DNA of 64,000 bases from Octopus vulgaris (taxonomy: Eukaryota). The stretch covers positions 67,022,001-67,086,000 of the forward strand of contig OX597828.1 in NCBI GenBank assembly GCA_951406725.2, in the 5' to 3' direction. Both the position numbers and the translations under genes were made by a program. The notes beneath the pieces were generated by a model. It saw only the letters and a list, made by a program, of their open reading frames with translations. It searched no databases and was not told the origin of the DNA. This document shows positions 40,481-54,432 of this stretch, in pieces. The stretch's first letter is position 1; each line of letters starts with the position of its first letter.

Positions 40481-40609
40481 TTTATATATATTTATATTTT
40501 TTGTTATATAAGAACTGAAGATGTGAATACGCCTGTCGCATTGAGTACTTGCATGTGTCAATGTGTGTGTGGTGTGTGTGTGTGTGTATGAGAGAGGGAG
40601 AGAAAGAGC

Positions 40610-40646
<37 letters not shown>

Positions 40647-41884
40647 TGTGTGTGTGTGTACCAATTGGTTGAGTAAACTCAAACTTTGTAACAACTATGA
40701 AACTTGAATAATGATGTGGTCGTTTCATTATACTAATTGTTTACTCTACCCCATGTGACCATTTGCTTTCGTTATTATATTTTTGTAATTATTTGTGAAT
40801 CTGTACCGCTAAAATCAGGTTTACTCTTTCTACTCCATTGATGGCTTTCGGTCTAGTTTACTTCCTCCCTGTTCAATCTTTCCGTGTATTTACCATGGAT
40901 GTTTTTTTTTCTTTCTTTCGATCTTTCTTGAGAATCTCTTTTGATTTTGTCTTGCCTTTTTTTCTGTTATTTTGTCCTCACCTAATTTCTTGTTTCACCG
41001 CCGTACTTTCCACTCTGCACTTTATTACTTCTTTGTAAAGAATAAAAAAATCAGTCTCTTTGTTTTCATGTTTTCCTACTGCATCAGTCAATTTGCCTTT
41101 TCTTATTTCTAAGTATTCCCAAGACTCGCTGTCGCTATTTTGTAGCAGTTTTCTATTTGTGTCAGACCTCGCCCTCTCATGTACAGGTTAGCTATATCTG
41201 TGCGTATTAGCTTTTAGGTGGTATCTTTAGAAATCTATTAGTAGTTTATTACTGTTTTTCCTATCTAAGCCCTTGAATTTCCTTAATTTCTATTTAAATA
41301 TCTTGAAACTGTTGTGTATAACTAGGCTAGTTAGCACGTTTACAATTAAAAGCTCTCAGTTTTTGTTACCTCATTCTTCATGCAATGGGCATTAAATGTT
41401 TGCCCGATTCCATGTCTTCGCTGCATTTGTGAACAATTTTAGTAAGATTTCCCGCTAGATATTGTCCCTAGTAAATATGTTTTGGTTATTCGTATAGACA
41501 GAATGATGTATACGAGGTGTGTGTGTGTGGAGAGGCGCTGAAAAGTTCTTGGTCTTAAAGGATTCGCAAAAAGTCGCTTGGCAATGATACGGTCGCAAGT
41601 TAGTTCCATGATACTGCACCTTAAGCAAGTGTCTTCATTGTAACGCTATGGTGACCCGTGCTTTTGCGAGCAGAGACTGACATGTGTGTATATGTATGTT
41701 TATGTTTACACTGGTTAATAGCTGTGGATTTTTGTGCTGATTCACTATGCGATCCGTAAAGTTTACGGTTTGACACATATAATAAGGTCTGAAATCGATC
41801 CGATCAATTAAAGTCAATGAAGGTGTGCTCCAGCATGGACGTAGTACAATCACTTGAAATCAATAGAAGTGTAAAAAGGCGTGA

Positions 41885-42075
41885 TTGTGTGGCAAAAGAG
41901 CTGATCGAATAAGTACCAGGTTTTACCAATAAATAAATAAATAAATAAATAATAAAATAAAAATAAAATAATAATGATAATAAGTTCTGGGATCGATTTG
42001 TTCGACTAAAATTCTTCAAGGCGGTGCCCCAGCATGACCGCAGTCAAATGACTGAAACAATTAAAATGAAAAATA
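41885..42075 (+). mobile_element. SINE family A, 3' fragment
   Basis: ggcaaaagag...gaataagtaccagg...gatttgttcgactaaa...gcagtcaaatgactgaaacaa. Confidence 0.75.
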
Positions 42076-42248
42076 AAAAAAGAATATTAACATAATATAT
42101 ATTCATTAATAATTTCTAACAATTAGCAGTAGTGGTGGTGGTGGTGGTGGTGGTGATAGTAGTATTAGTCATAGTGTCAATAGTAGTAGTAGATGTAGCA
42201 GTAGCAGTAGCAGCAGCAGCAGCAGTAGCAGTAGTAGTAGTAGTTGTT

Positions 42249-42299
<51 letters not shown>

Positions 42300-43277
42300 A
42301 CCACACCATTTTCTAGGCCATTCTTATTGTCGTTGCCATTCGCAACAATATCGCCATCATCATCAGCATCATCATCGCACCAATATCGAAATCCTCCTCT
42401 TCCTCCTCCTCCCCTCTCGTTTGAAAATGACTTAACACAAAGTGTAGTTTAAATGGTTGAACATTTCCATTTCGCCATTCCAGTTATGGATTTGCACTCT
42501 TGCAGAATCATTGAGATGAAGACACTTTATTAGATATTGGCGGCTGTGATTAGCGCATTTAGCTGGTTTTTGAAATAGAAAGAAAGTAAATGTGGGAGGA
42601 GAAAGAGGGCAAGGGGGAGGACTACGACGACGACGACGAGCAGGACAGAAGAAAGAGTGAAGGAAGAGGAGAGTGAGAGGATATTAATGCAAATAGTGAT
42701 GATGATGATGATGACGTTGATGATGATAGCAATGGTGACGATGATGATGGCGTTGATGGTTTCTCACAATTTCAAGTCTAAGAAAGATATAAAATCTTGA
42801 ATCAATTAGTAATTAATTGGTGGTTTTCCTAATACGTTGTTGAGATCGAGCAAACAAAGACTGCCTCTGCCTGGTCAATCGACCTGCCACACACAGTAGC
42901 TAATTCTCTGTCAATCTCCATCGCATCAAACCATACTGTTTTAAACACTAGAGTACATACATTGCACAATAGAGTCCGAAATGTAGAGACCTGACCTAGG
43001 GTTAAATAGCAACATCAAACATGGTGAAATCCGAGCAAACGAAGCAGCCTCTAAGTGGCCAACCCAGAAATGGCAGCCATGTCTCTCTCAAATCTTCTCC
43101 TGTTTTAAAAACCTATTAGGAGAGGGTTCTACATACAGTGGGAGGCATCGAATTGGTTGTCATGGCGCCGGGGGGGGGGGGGAGGATTGTATTAGGCGTT
43201 CCGGTCCACTGAGTTCAAAACTGGTCAACTTTAATTTGCATTAATTCGGGCTTCATGAAAGATGTACCAGTCAAAAA

Positions 43278-43474
43278 TCCTCCTCCTCCCCTTCCTCCTC
43301 CTCCTCTTTCTCTTCCTCTTCCTCCTCTCCCTGCTCTACCCTCCTCTCCCTGCTCTCCCCTCCTCTTCCTCCTCCTCCACCTCCTCCTCCTCCTCCTCCT
43401 CCTCCTCCTCCTCCTCCTCCTCCTCTTCCTCCTCCTCCACCTCCTCCTCCTCCTCCTCCTCCTCTTCCTCTTCC

Positions 43475-43509
<35 letters not shown>

Positions 43510-44100
43510 CTCTCTTCCTCCTCCTCTCCCTCCTCTTCCTCCTCTTCTTCCTCTCTTCCTCCTCCTCTCCCTCTCTTCCTCCTCCTCTCCCTCCTCTTCC
43601 TCTCTTCCTCCTCCTCTCTCTCTCTTCCTCCGCCTCTCCCTCCTCTCCCTCCTCTTCCTTCTCTTCCTCCTCCTCTCCCTCTCTTCCTCCGCCTCTCCCT
43701 CCTCTTCCTTCTCTTCCTCCTCCTCTCCCTCTCTTCCTCCGCCTCTCCCTCCTCTTCCTTCTCTTCCTCCGTTTCCTCTTCCTCTCCTCTCCCCTCCCCT
43801 TCATTTTATTCCTCTTCCCCCTCTTCCCCTTCCCCTTCCTTCTCTTCCTCCGCTTCCTCCTCCTCCTCCTCCTCTCCCATCCCCTTCCTTCTATTCCTCT
43901 TCCTCCCCTTCCACTTCCTCCTCTTCCCCTTCCCCTTCCTTCTCTTCCTCCGCTTCCCTCTTCCTTCTCTTCCTCCGCTTCCTCTTCCTTCTCTTCTTCC
44001 GCTTCCTCTTCCTCCTTTTCCTTCTCTTCCTCTTCCTCTCCTTCCTCTCCCCTTCCTCCTCCTCCTCCTCCTCGCCCGCTTACTCTCCTCCCCTCCCCTC
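43278..44100. repeat. ~820-bp CCT/CTT polypyrimidine-polypurine tract
   Basis: Almost purely C/T on the + strand, with short internal duplications. Confidence 0.95.
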
Positions 44101-44534
44101 ATTATCATCATCGTCGTTGTTCTTCTCTCTGCCCTACCTCTCTCTCTCACTTGCTCAGAATTATTTACGCTGTGCTATTATGAGAGAACTGCGAGAGTCT
44201 GCTCACCGACTCTGCTCTGTCAGAAAAGACAGGAAGGAGACTCTACTGCCATACTTTAAAAACTCTAAGATAGTTTTGTGGTTACAGATGATACTGAGAA
44301 ATAAAAAAATAAAGAAAACCAGTATGATCACAGCTGGAACGCCTTTAAAGGATAGGTCTACCACATCAGAACCACCAAAAACATAGTAACAACAACGATA
44401 GTGAACAAGCTTTTATGTTTCTTGTTCCTAATAAATGAAATGAATTAGACATTGTTATAAAGTGCATTTCACCAAATAACGCTCTTCACTCAGTTGATAT
44501 GAATAAGTTCCAGATCATGTTTTTATGGTTTACT

Positions 44535-44920
44535 GGGGAAGCACTCCGTCGGTTCCGACGACGAGGGTTCCGGTTGATCCGATCAACGGAACAGCCTGCT
44601 CGTGAAATTAACGTGTAAGTGGCTGAGCACTCCACAGACACGTGTACCCTTAACGTAGTTCTCGGGGATATTCAGCAAGACACACAGAGTGACAAGGCCG
44701 GCCCTTTGAAATACAGGTACAACAGAAACAGGAAGTAAGAGTGAGAGAGAGTTGTGGTGAAAGAGTACAGCAGGGATCACCACCATCCCCTGCCGGAGCC
44801 TCGTGGCGCTTTTAGGTGTTTTCGCTCAATAAACACTCACAACGCCCGGTCTGGGAATCGAAACCGCGATCCTACGACTGCGAGTCCGCTGCCCTAACCA
44901 CTGGGCCATTGCGCCTCCAC
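44535..44920 (-). mobile_element. SINE family C, tail type 1, with 12-bp TSD
   Basis: tRNA-like head; ttatggtttact at 44523-44534 and 44921-44932. Confidence 0.92.
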
Positions 44921-46132
44921 TTATGGTTTACTAAAACAACGAAGGACATAAACTTTTAAGAAGCTTGTTTGGCCCCGGCTCAGACAACCCAGTACTAAAC
45001 TGACGTGTAAGCAAAGGTATTCTGTTCGTAACCATCTTGTCCTTTTAGGGTGATTGGTGGACTCCATTATCTGAGAACTTTCCTTTAGATGAAAAATTAG
45101 CCGTTATTTCTAACAGGTAGAGTGATCGAAAATAAATGCAAATGCATTGTTGTTGTTGTTGTTGTTGCTGCTGTTGTTGTTGTGGTTGCTGCTGTTGTTG
45201 TTGTGGTTGCTGCTGCTTGGCCACAGTTCAACAGAGTCAAGCAGAATTATGGTCAAAGGTGTTGATGTCATGACCATCCTGTCTTTTTATAATAAGATCT
45301 TTCACTAATTAAGACGAAAGCGCGTGATTTGGAGGAAATTTGGCTGTTATTTCTACCAGATCAAGTGATTATGTGAAGGTCATCAAGGTGTTTGAGATGG
45401 GACATGGTAATGGTGGATGGACATTTCGAAATTCTGAAACCAGAGACTTTGTCTGATGCATTAAAACAAAGCGGACTCTAAGAAAGCACTCAATGGTCAG
45501 CTGGTACTGTTAAACTTGGACCAGATGTAACAGAGTGGACCCTGCTAACTGCATACGAGGGTTCAAGTGGCGGTTTCCTTTTGCTGGATATACCAACTCA
45601 AACTAGCGCATTACAAATGAAAACGATGGTCTTTACCACTGTTTCCATCTCTTCCATTTCACTCAGAAGAATTTGATCGATTCGAACAGAGGACACATAT
45701 CTAGAAAGCCTAGATGAAGCACTATGGAACGGATTGAAACTGGAACGACGCAATTTCTAAACGACCTTAATTACAAGACCAGAGGAAGTTGCTTGTTATA
45801 TGTGCAAAATTGCACAAAGAAAAACATTTCAAATGTCCAATGAGGTTTTACTAGATGGCTATAAGTTAAAAATTAGTAATATTTCATTTCTATCTGAGAG
45901 TACCAAGTACACAATACTAAGCTGAACACATAATTACAAGTGTTGGGGAGAAAGAGGTATCGATAGTTAGGATAGAGTAATTGGTATTGTAGTGTGGAGC
46001 TGATGGAGGGGCAGGGAGAACTCATTAATTCAATATAATACAGATTCTTTTCTCTTCTCTCCCACTCTGCCTGCCTGTTTGTCTGTTTGTTTGTGTGTCA
46101 GGGATTTTTCTGTGTATGGTCGCACGTTTAAA

Positions 46133-46178
<46 letters not shown>

Positions 46179-46227
46179 TATATATAGGCATTTATATAAG
46201 TACACGTATATATATATATATATATTG

Positions 46228-46309
<82 letters not shown>

Positions 46310-46673
46310 CAAGTGCATATGTGTGTGTATATGCATGTATGCGTGTGTGTGTGCTACACTCGCCCTTTCTCCCTTTCTCTTGTATATATCTTGGTAGGAA
46401 TCAATTAACTGTCAGCTTGGATGATATATACACACACATACACACACAAAAACACATACACAGATATATAGATATATGTATAGACTGTTTGAAGTGGTGT
46501 ATACACACATATATGAAATATATCTACATATATCTATATAAAATATATGACATAGGATATATGATATATATATTATATATAAATTATGTTATATAGATAA
46601 ATATATATACATACATACATACATACGCACATACATGTGTGTGTTGGTACATATATCTATAAGTGTATGTGTT

Positions 46674-46720
<47 letters not shown>

Positions 46721-46853
46721 ATATATGTGTGTGTGTGTGTGTCTATCTATATATACATATATATGCGTCTCTCTATATATATACATATGTATGTATATGT
46801 GTATGTATGTAAGTATGTATGTGTATGTACGTACATATGTATGTATGTATCTA

Positions 46854-46932
<79 letters not shown>

Positions 46933-46937
46933 CTTAG

Positions 46938-47022
<85 letters not shown>

Positions 47023-47296
47023 TGTTTAGAACATTAGCAATGAAATCCAGATTTCGAAATCTGATAACACTGTTGGGTTCTTTGATTTCTGTATATCAAA
47101 AGAATCGTGATTTTCAATTGGCATCCGTGCTAATGTGCTGGTGATTCTGCCATAATGTACAAATAGTCTCCTTGGACTCTATCATTATTATGAAAATTAT
47201 CAAGGAGAATCTCCCAGAAGTTCCTGCTTTTTAACGTGTGATTATTGGCCATTCAGTTTGAAGAAGAAATGTCCTATTAAGCTTGTGTGCACAGTA

Positions 47297-47339
<43 letters not shown>

Positions 47340-47480
47340 TTACTACTACTACTACTACTACTACTACTACCTATCTATCTATCTATTGTTGTTTGTTGTT
47401 GTTGTTTTTGTTATTGTTGTTGTTGTTGTTGTTTTTGTTATTGTTGTTGTTGTTGTTGTTGTTATTATTATTATTATTAA

Positions 47481-47523
<43 letters not shown>

Positions 47524-47534
47524 TTTATTGTAAA

Positions 47535-47742
47535 GGTGGCAAGGTGGCAGTATTTCTTCGTTTTTTTTTATGTTCTGAGTTCAAATTATTATCAAGGTGG
47601 CAATTTGGTAGAATTATTCCTCTGAGGTCGACTTTACATTTCGGAGTCGATTAAATAAGTACCAGTCGGACATTGGGGTCAATGTAATTGACTAATCTCC
47701 TTCCCCCAAACTTTCAGGCTTTATGCCAATAGTAGAAAAGAT
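47535..47742 (+). mobile_element. SINE family B variant, degenerate
   Basis: gttctgagttcaaat, gtcgattaaataagtaccagt; tail ttcccccaaactttcaggc also present at 38174-38233. Confidence 0.65.
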
Positions 47743-47761
47743 TTTTATTATTATTTTTATT

Positions 47762-48315
47762 GAGTGATAGAGCAGTGCATGACATCAAAGTGACACTGGG
47801 GTAAAATATACGAAACCCAATATACCCATCATGACTACCCGTCTGATAAGGGTACTCTAGGCACATGCATCACAACCATATGTGCGTGACATGGTGATCT
47901 CATATCAAGATAAACAGCGTATGACCTTGCATGTGGGACCCAGTTAGAATTTTCTTGAGGTCGAGTAACCCATCCCGCTCAAAAGGTTCCTGAATGAGGG
48001 TTGTTTAAGAATGTTGAACGAAACACCCATGTTTCCAGGGGTGAATTATCCAAACCTTCAAGAATTCCTTTCAACACACAGCTATGATGCTCCCCCACTA
48101 CTTCTGCTCGTGATCAGAGATGCACATATCGTCAGCCACTAAAGGACATGCTCAACTGGTTAAGCTCAAACAACTGACAAGCAAATCTGTGGTATTGAGC
48201 AGAATATTTGCTGTAGCCCATCTTCTATACCAAGACAAAATATGTACATGATAACACTTCCAATCAGTTTAGATCAGAAGCCACGAGATCCCCTGCCTGG
48301 TACTGCATCAGGGCA
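47762..48315 (-). mobile_element. Family D, full length
   Basis: Flanked by (TTA)n on both sides. Confidence 0.9.
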
Positions 48316-48343
48316 TCTTATTGTTATTATTATTATTATTATT

Positions 48344-48437
<94 letters not shown>

Positions 48438-48445
48438 TTGTTATT

Positions 48446-48558
48446 GAGTGAAAGAGTAGTGCATGCCATCAAAGTGATCCTGGGGTAAAATATACGAAGC
48501 CCAGTATACCCATCATGACTACCAGTCTGATAAGGGTACTCTAGGCACATGTATCACA
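48446..48558 (-). mobile_element. Family D, 3' fragment
   Basis: gagtgaaagagtagtgcatgccatcaaagtg..., after (TTA)n. Confidence 0.85.
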
Positions 48559-48561
48559 AGT

Positions 48562-49560
48562 ACTTGGTAGACTTTTATTGAATAAGATGTTTGAAGATAT
48601 CAGTCCGACAGTCATCCCTGAATCCCAGAGTGACTTTAGATCAGGTAGGGGAACAATCGACTTGACAATCTGTGCTAGATAAATAGGAGAGAAATGCACT
48701 GAACAGCAGGTGTCTTTACATCAAGTCTTTGTTGATTTAACGAAAGCTCTTGATACAGTTAACAGAGATGCATTGTGGACAATCCTCGGAAAGGCCGGGT
48801 GTCCACCACTGTTTGTCTGTATGTTTAACCCTTTTGATACCGTATTTCTTTTGAGATGCCCTGTGTTTCTTTCAATTAATTTTAAATATAACCAAGAATT
48901 TAGTAAAATAACTTAGTTATCATTAAGCTAGTGTTAGGAACATAAATTGTGACTAAGGTTTGGTGGAAGATTTTAATTCAGAACTTATGGAAACAAGACA
49001 TTTGTACAACAGAGCCAGAGCCGGTTTTAGCCGGGTTGGTAACGAAAGGGTTAAGCGGCTGCATCGAAATATGAAGGCTCAGATCGTCTTTAAGAAATTG
49101 TCTGGTTAAGTCCTGGTTGACAATGGAATAAGACAAGGCGATATTCTTGCTCCCACACATTTTTCGATAATCTTTGCTGCTCTGCTTATTTACGACTGGG
49201 AAGGTCGTCCTCTTCAGTTTAGAGCTACTGGTTGAGTCGTTAACTTAATAACGTCCAACTTCAAGTCGGAAATGATAATGTTTGAAACTTTGATCAAGGA
49301 ACTCCTTTGTGCAGACGACATTGACTTTCTGGGCCACATTGCCGATAACACACAGTACATTATGAATCGTTTTGTTGCTTCATGTACGACCTTTCGTCTT
49401 AAAATAAGTCCGAAAAATTCCCCTGGTAAATGCTCACACCTGCACCAAGCGAAACGTATGTCAAGCCAGATATCGTAGAAGATATCGAAGGGAAACAAAG
49501 AAGGGTCAGAGAGCTTTGCTATCGTGTTCTCTCAGTCTTGACCAACATTAAATATAGCAG
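48562..49560 (+). pseudogene. RTE-clade LINE reverse transcriptase fragment, interrupted by a MITE
   Basis: IPESQSDFRSGRGTID, FVDLTKALDTVNRDALW, GIRQGDILAP, ELLCADD; frame is restored (MFKRLH) when the MITE and one TTAA are removed. Confidence 0.9.
48829..49050. mobile_element. piggyBac-type MITE (222 bp)
   Basis: TTAA at 48825-48828 and 49051-49054; termini CCCTTT(tga)TACC and GGTA(acg)AAAGGG. Confidence 0.88.
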
Positions 49561-50489
49561 CACAAACCGCCTTAGAACCACACGCTATCGTCTTAAACAG
49601 AAGTACATGGGTGATAATGTAATCCTAAATACACTGTATTGACCAACAGTACATGATGGCCACGATCGGAACGTCTTAATGATAGGTCTACTCAGTAGGT
49701 CTACTGTCGGATAAAGAGCAACAACAACAACAACATATCGTGAACCATCGATTGTGGTAGCCGTTCCAACTGCTGGAAATAGTAGCCAAATCTCTTTCAA
49801 ATCCCATCTTACTGCTTTAGAAATGGAAAAATTCTTTGAATAATGGACTTCTAGAATCATTATTCTGAAAATAAAATGGGGTAGTCACGGTTGGATTGTC
49901 TTTAATAATAAATCCGTTTCGTCGCAACTAAGAAAAGAACTACAAAGTAACAACACGAAGAAACTACCACCAACGGCGTATCATTAGTTATTTTTAATTT
50001 AATTTTTTAAAATTTCCAATTTGGTGGCGATAATTTCCTAGATCAATCACCAGCACACCATGTGACATTTATAATAATTGCACTTTTTTAGTGGAAGAAG
50101 AAGAAATTCCAAGATTGCAATATTTAAATCCAACAATTCAAAATTATTCTTTAAAATGTTTAAGAATTCAAACTATAACCTTTCTTAGAAGAAACGACCT
50201 GAATTACATTAACGATATAATTACCACAATATATAAAGAAAAAGAGAAAAAGAGAAAAGCTCTCTTGTAAATAGATTCATCATTTCTTCAACGAAGTTCA
50301 TGTTAATTACGCTAGTAAAAAGTCTTGGAATTCCTTGGCCCCACACTTGTTGTGACTCAAAGCAATTATGCCAAACTGAAACCTATTTATTTTTAACTCC
50401 TCTGTTGGCATTATATTAAAATTGTTCATATCATCGTTATCATTATCAGTTATGGCATCGTCATCATTTGCATCATCATCAACAAAGTA

Positions 50490-50655
50490 ACGGGCTGGCA
50501 GAATCGTTAGCACATAGGAAAAAAATGCTTAGAGACACTTTTTTTTCGATTCTTTACATTTTGTGTTCAATTCCTGTTGAAGTCAACTTTGCCTTTCTTC
50601 CTTTCAGAGTGGATAAAATAAAGTACGTGTCAAGTAATGGTGCCTATGTAATTGG
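50490..50655 (+). mobile_element. SINE family B, degenerate
   Basis: gctggcagaatcgttagcac head; gtcaactttgcctttcttcctttc core. Confidence 0.7.
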
Positions 50656-50707
50656 CTTACTCTTTGTCAGTCGTCCACAGCTAGTAAAGTATGGTAACAC
50701 TCTTCAT

Positions 50708-51246
50708 TCAGAATTCGAGAAATCTGTGGAGGCTTCGTGCAATTTCCAAGCAACAGTTTTGAAGATGCCCTGTCTTTGCATTTCTCTCAATCCAGCTGGT
50801 CATCCTGGTCCCCAACAACATGACCAACACTCACCTTTTTCAATGACCAGAGTCTTTTTATCTTTCAATTCAAATCATATTACCTGGACTGTTTCTCTTC
50901 TTCTCTTTCCGGTATCCAATCATCAACAGGGCAGGCAATATCTATGGTTAATTAAACAGATTTTTTCCCTTTATTCACAACCACTATAACCGGCTTTCGA
51001 CGTTCAATTCCATGATTACTTTGCATTATTACATCCCACAGTATCGTTACCTTGTCATTATCGATTACGCTTTCTGTTGTTGTTTTCCCATACCACGGCT
51101 TTGTTCCATCCAAACCATACTTAACTACACATCTCTGAATGAATCATTCTTGAGACATTATTCTCTTCTTTGTGGGCCAGCTTCGCGCACTCACTCACAA
51201 TATGCCAATCAAACCTTTATCAGCGCCCTTGTCGCTTTCTGTTGTA
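50708..51246 (-). pseudogene. Degenerate R4/Dong RLE C-terminal fragment
   Basis: WHIVSECAKLAHKE, VIDNDKVTILWD, IERRKPVIVV, IDIACPVD, RLWSLKKV; homologous to 35564-36070. Confidence 0.85.
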
Positions 51247-51694
51247 CCACAACCATATGTGCGCGACATGGTGATCTTATATCAAGATAAACAGCACATG
51301 ACTTTGCAGGTGGGGCCCAGTTAGAATTTTCTTCAGGTTGGGTGACCCATCCCGTTCAAAACGTCCCTGAATAAGGGTTATTTAAGGATGTTGAACGAAA
51401 CACCCATGTTTCCAGAGGTGAATTATTCAAACCCCAAAGAATCCCTTTCAACACATGGCTATGATGCTCCCCCACTACTTCTGCCCATGAACAGAGATGC
51501 ACATATCGTCAGCCACTAAGGGACATGCTCAAGTGATTAAGGTCAAACAACTGACAAGCAAATCTGTGGTATTGAGCAGAATATTTACAGTTAGCCCATC
51601 TTTTATACCAAGACAAAACAATGTACATGATAACACTTCCAATCAGTTAAGATAAGAAGCCACGAGAACCACTGCCTGGTACTGCATCAGGGCA
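51247..51694 (-). mobile_element. Family D, 3'-truncated, joined directly to the Dong fragment
   Basis: 5' end at (TTA)n 51697; 3' side runs into RLE coding sequence with no TAA spacer. Confidence 0.88.
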
Positions 51695-51696
51695 TT

Positions 51697-52003
<307 letters not shown>

Positions 52004-52555
52004 GAGTGACAGAGCAATGCATGTCATCAAAATGACACTGGGGTACAAATATACGAAGCCCAATATACCCTTCATGACTGCCCTTCTAATAAGAATACAC
52101 CAGGCACATGCATCACAACCATATCTGCACGACATGATGATCTCATATCAAGATAAACAGCACAAGACTTTGCAGGTGGGACCCAGGTAGAATTTTCTTC
52201 TGGTCGAGTAACCCATCTCGCTCAAAAGGTCCCTGAATAAGGGTTGTTTAAGGATGTTGACAGAACTACCCATGTTTCCAGAGGTGAACTATTCAAACCC
52301 CAAAGAATCCCTCTCAACACATGGCTATGATGCTCCACTACTTCTGCTCGTGATCAGAGATGCACATATCGTCAGCCACTAAGGGACACGCTCAACTGAT
52401 TAAGGTCAAACAACTGACAAGCAAATCTGTGGTATTGAGCAGAATATTTGCTGAAGCCCATCTTTTATACCAAGACGAAACAATGTACATGATAACACTT
52501 CCAATCAGTTAAGATAAGAAGCCACGTGAGCCACTGCCTGGTACTGCATCAGGGC

Positions 52556-52556
<1 letters not shown>
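52004..52556 (-). mobile_element. Family D, full length
   Basis: Flanked by (TTA)n on both sides. Confidence 0.9.
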
Positions 52557-52616
<60 letters not shown>

Positions 52617-53062
52617 GTTGTTGTTGTTGTTGTTATTATTATTATTATTATTATTATCCAATAAATAAGCAATATCGAACCATTAGCTCAGAAGGAATTC
52701 TTTAGATTTTTATGTCTAGATATTAATAAATTATGAATGCATAATATACGATCAGACAATTTAATCAGAGGTTATTTACCATAAGTTAATGATTATTGAA
52801 CAAATAAACAATTATGCCATTAAATAATTAAATAAAGAAGTGTGTATAGATATCGATTTATCAATAAATATGTATATGATAAAACAATCAGACCATTCTA
52901 TGTGAATAATAATGTGCGTTATTTTTTAGTGAAAATTATTGAACCTTTAAATCAGCAGAAACCTGATTTATATTTCTTCTGTTTTGGTAATTTACATATT
53001 TGTCATATTTCGTTTTGGGATTTGGTTTGCAAGATTCTTTATATGAGTTCGTGTGTTGAAGC

Positions 53063-53300
53063 ATATTCTGTTGTGTCTGGGGAGAGTCATTTTCTTTTTG
53101 TGCCTTATAATGTAACACACTCACCGGTAAAATTTCTACTTTTTTCTTATTTTTATTTTCCAAAAATTTTCGTTGCGTCTTGCAACCTTTTCAATAGAGT
53201 CAAAACTACTGAAAGGGTTGCAAGACACAACGAAAATTTTAGGTAAATAAAAATAAGGCCCAAAAAGAAAATGATTCTCCCCAGACACAACAGAACATAT
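53063..53300. repeat. Diverged fold-back inverted repeat
   Basis: Outer arms ttctgttgtgtctggggaga / tctccccagacacaacagaa; inner arms aaaattttcgttgcgtcttgcaacc / ggttgcaagacacaacgaaaatttt. Confidence 0.8.
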
Positions 53301-53587
53301 TTGTCAGTTTTCTTCTCAATAACTGATGAGAGAGTAGTTTGTCACGACTCTTTCCTTATTGCTTTCCTCTCCATCGTCTCAGAGAGAGAGCGAGGTTGGA
53401 TAACAGAAAAAGAAGTAGGTGTGTGAAAGTGGGAGCAGAATACAGTTTGAGAGAAAGAAAAAGGGAATTGATGAGTACTCTATCATATTATTTTAATATT
53501 TTCTATTCAACTAATGGCGATGTTTCGTTTTGACTTGCACAAATGTCATTTGATCCAAGCTGGTTGTTCGTTAATTCCCGTAAAATT

Positions 53588-53720
53588 TATTTATTTATTT
53601 ACATTTGTTTTCATGACCTGTGGAAGGCGACATTTGCTTTGAAGTGAGAGCAGAAAATGAAAAACAGGAGAAAATGAAAGGTGTATGTACATGTATATGA
53701 AATGGACGTGTGTAAGTGTA

Positions 53721-53751
<31 letters not shown>

Positions 53752-54320
53752 AAGAGAGAAAGGGAGAGAGGGAGAGAGAGAGTGAGTGAAGGTGTGTCAT
53801 GTATTTTTTGTATGTATGTGTAAGTGGCACTCACTCTCTTTCTCTCTCACACTCACATTATCTTTCATATACACGTACATACATAAATACATATGTATAC
53901 ATCTCTTTGTGTGCGCGCGTGTGTGTGTGAGAGAAAAAGTGAATGAAGGTGTGTGTTCTCATGTATGTACAAGTGGCCCTCGCTCACTCTTTCTCTCTCT
54001 CTCAGACACGTACATACATACAAAAAAGATGCATGCAACTCGCAAACACACATGTGTATTGTTTTGTATTAATGTCTAAGTGGCACTCACTCGTTCTCCC
54101 TCTTTCTCTCTTTCTCACACACGCGCACCTATACATACATACATACATACTTACATGCATACATACATACATACATACATACATACATACATACAAAAAG
54201 ACGTATACATCTCTCACTCTCTCACGTCCATTTCATATACACATGCATCTTTCACTTTCTGCTCTCACTTCAAAGAAAATGTCACCTTCCACAGGTCATG
54301 AAAGCAGAAGTAAATAAATA
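53588..54320. mobile_element. ~730-bp MITE/fold-back element with ~110-bp imperfect TIRs
   Basis: tttcatgacctgtggaagg...gaagtgagagcagaaa...atatgaaatggacgtg is mirrored at 54223-54320; internal motif aagtggc(a/c)ctc(a/g)ctc occurs three times. Confidence 0.75.
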
Positions 54321-54432
54321 TTTCAACTGCAAAAGGGCAAATACGCTGCAGTTAATGTGGAGAATAACTCTCTCTTGTGGTAAAAATAAGTGTGAAAACA
54401 CTCGGTTCGTTCAGTGTCGCCATCTATTAGGA

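Noticed and set aside
43255-44386. 334-aa and 374-aa Pro/Ser/Leu-rich ORFs
   Set aside because: Low-complexity CCT/CTT tract; no domain.
50468-50989. 173-aa plus-strand ORF
   Set aside because: Spans a SINE B remnant and the antisense strand of a Dong fragment; chance ORF.
52004-52556. HDV-like ribozyme in family D
   Set aside because: Expected by analogy with R2/R4, but I could not assemble P1/P1.1/P2/P3 by eye; left for a descriptor search.
53317-53360. CTGATGA flanked by caataa/ttattg and gagagt/actctt stems
   Set aside because: No GAAA, stem III or NUH site; a bulged hairpin rather than a hammerhead.
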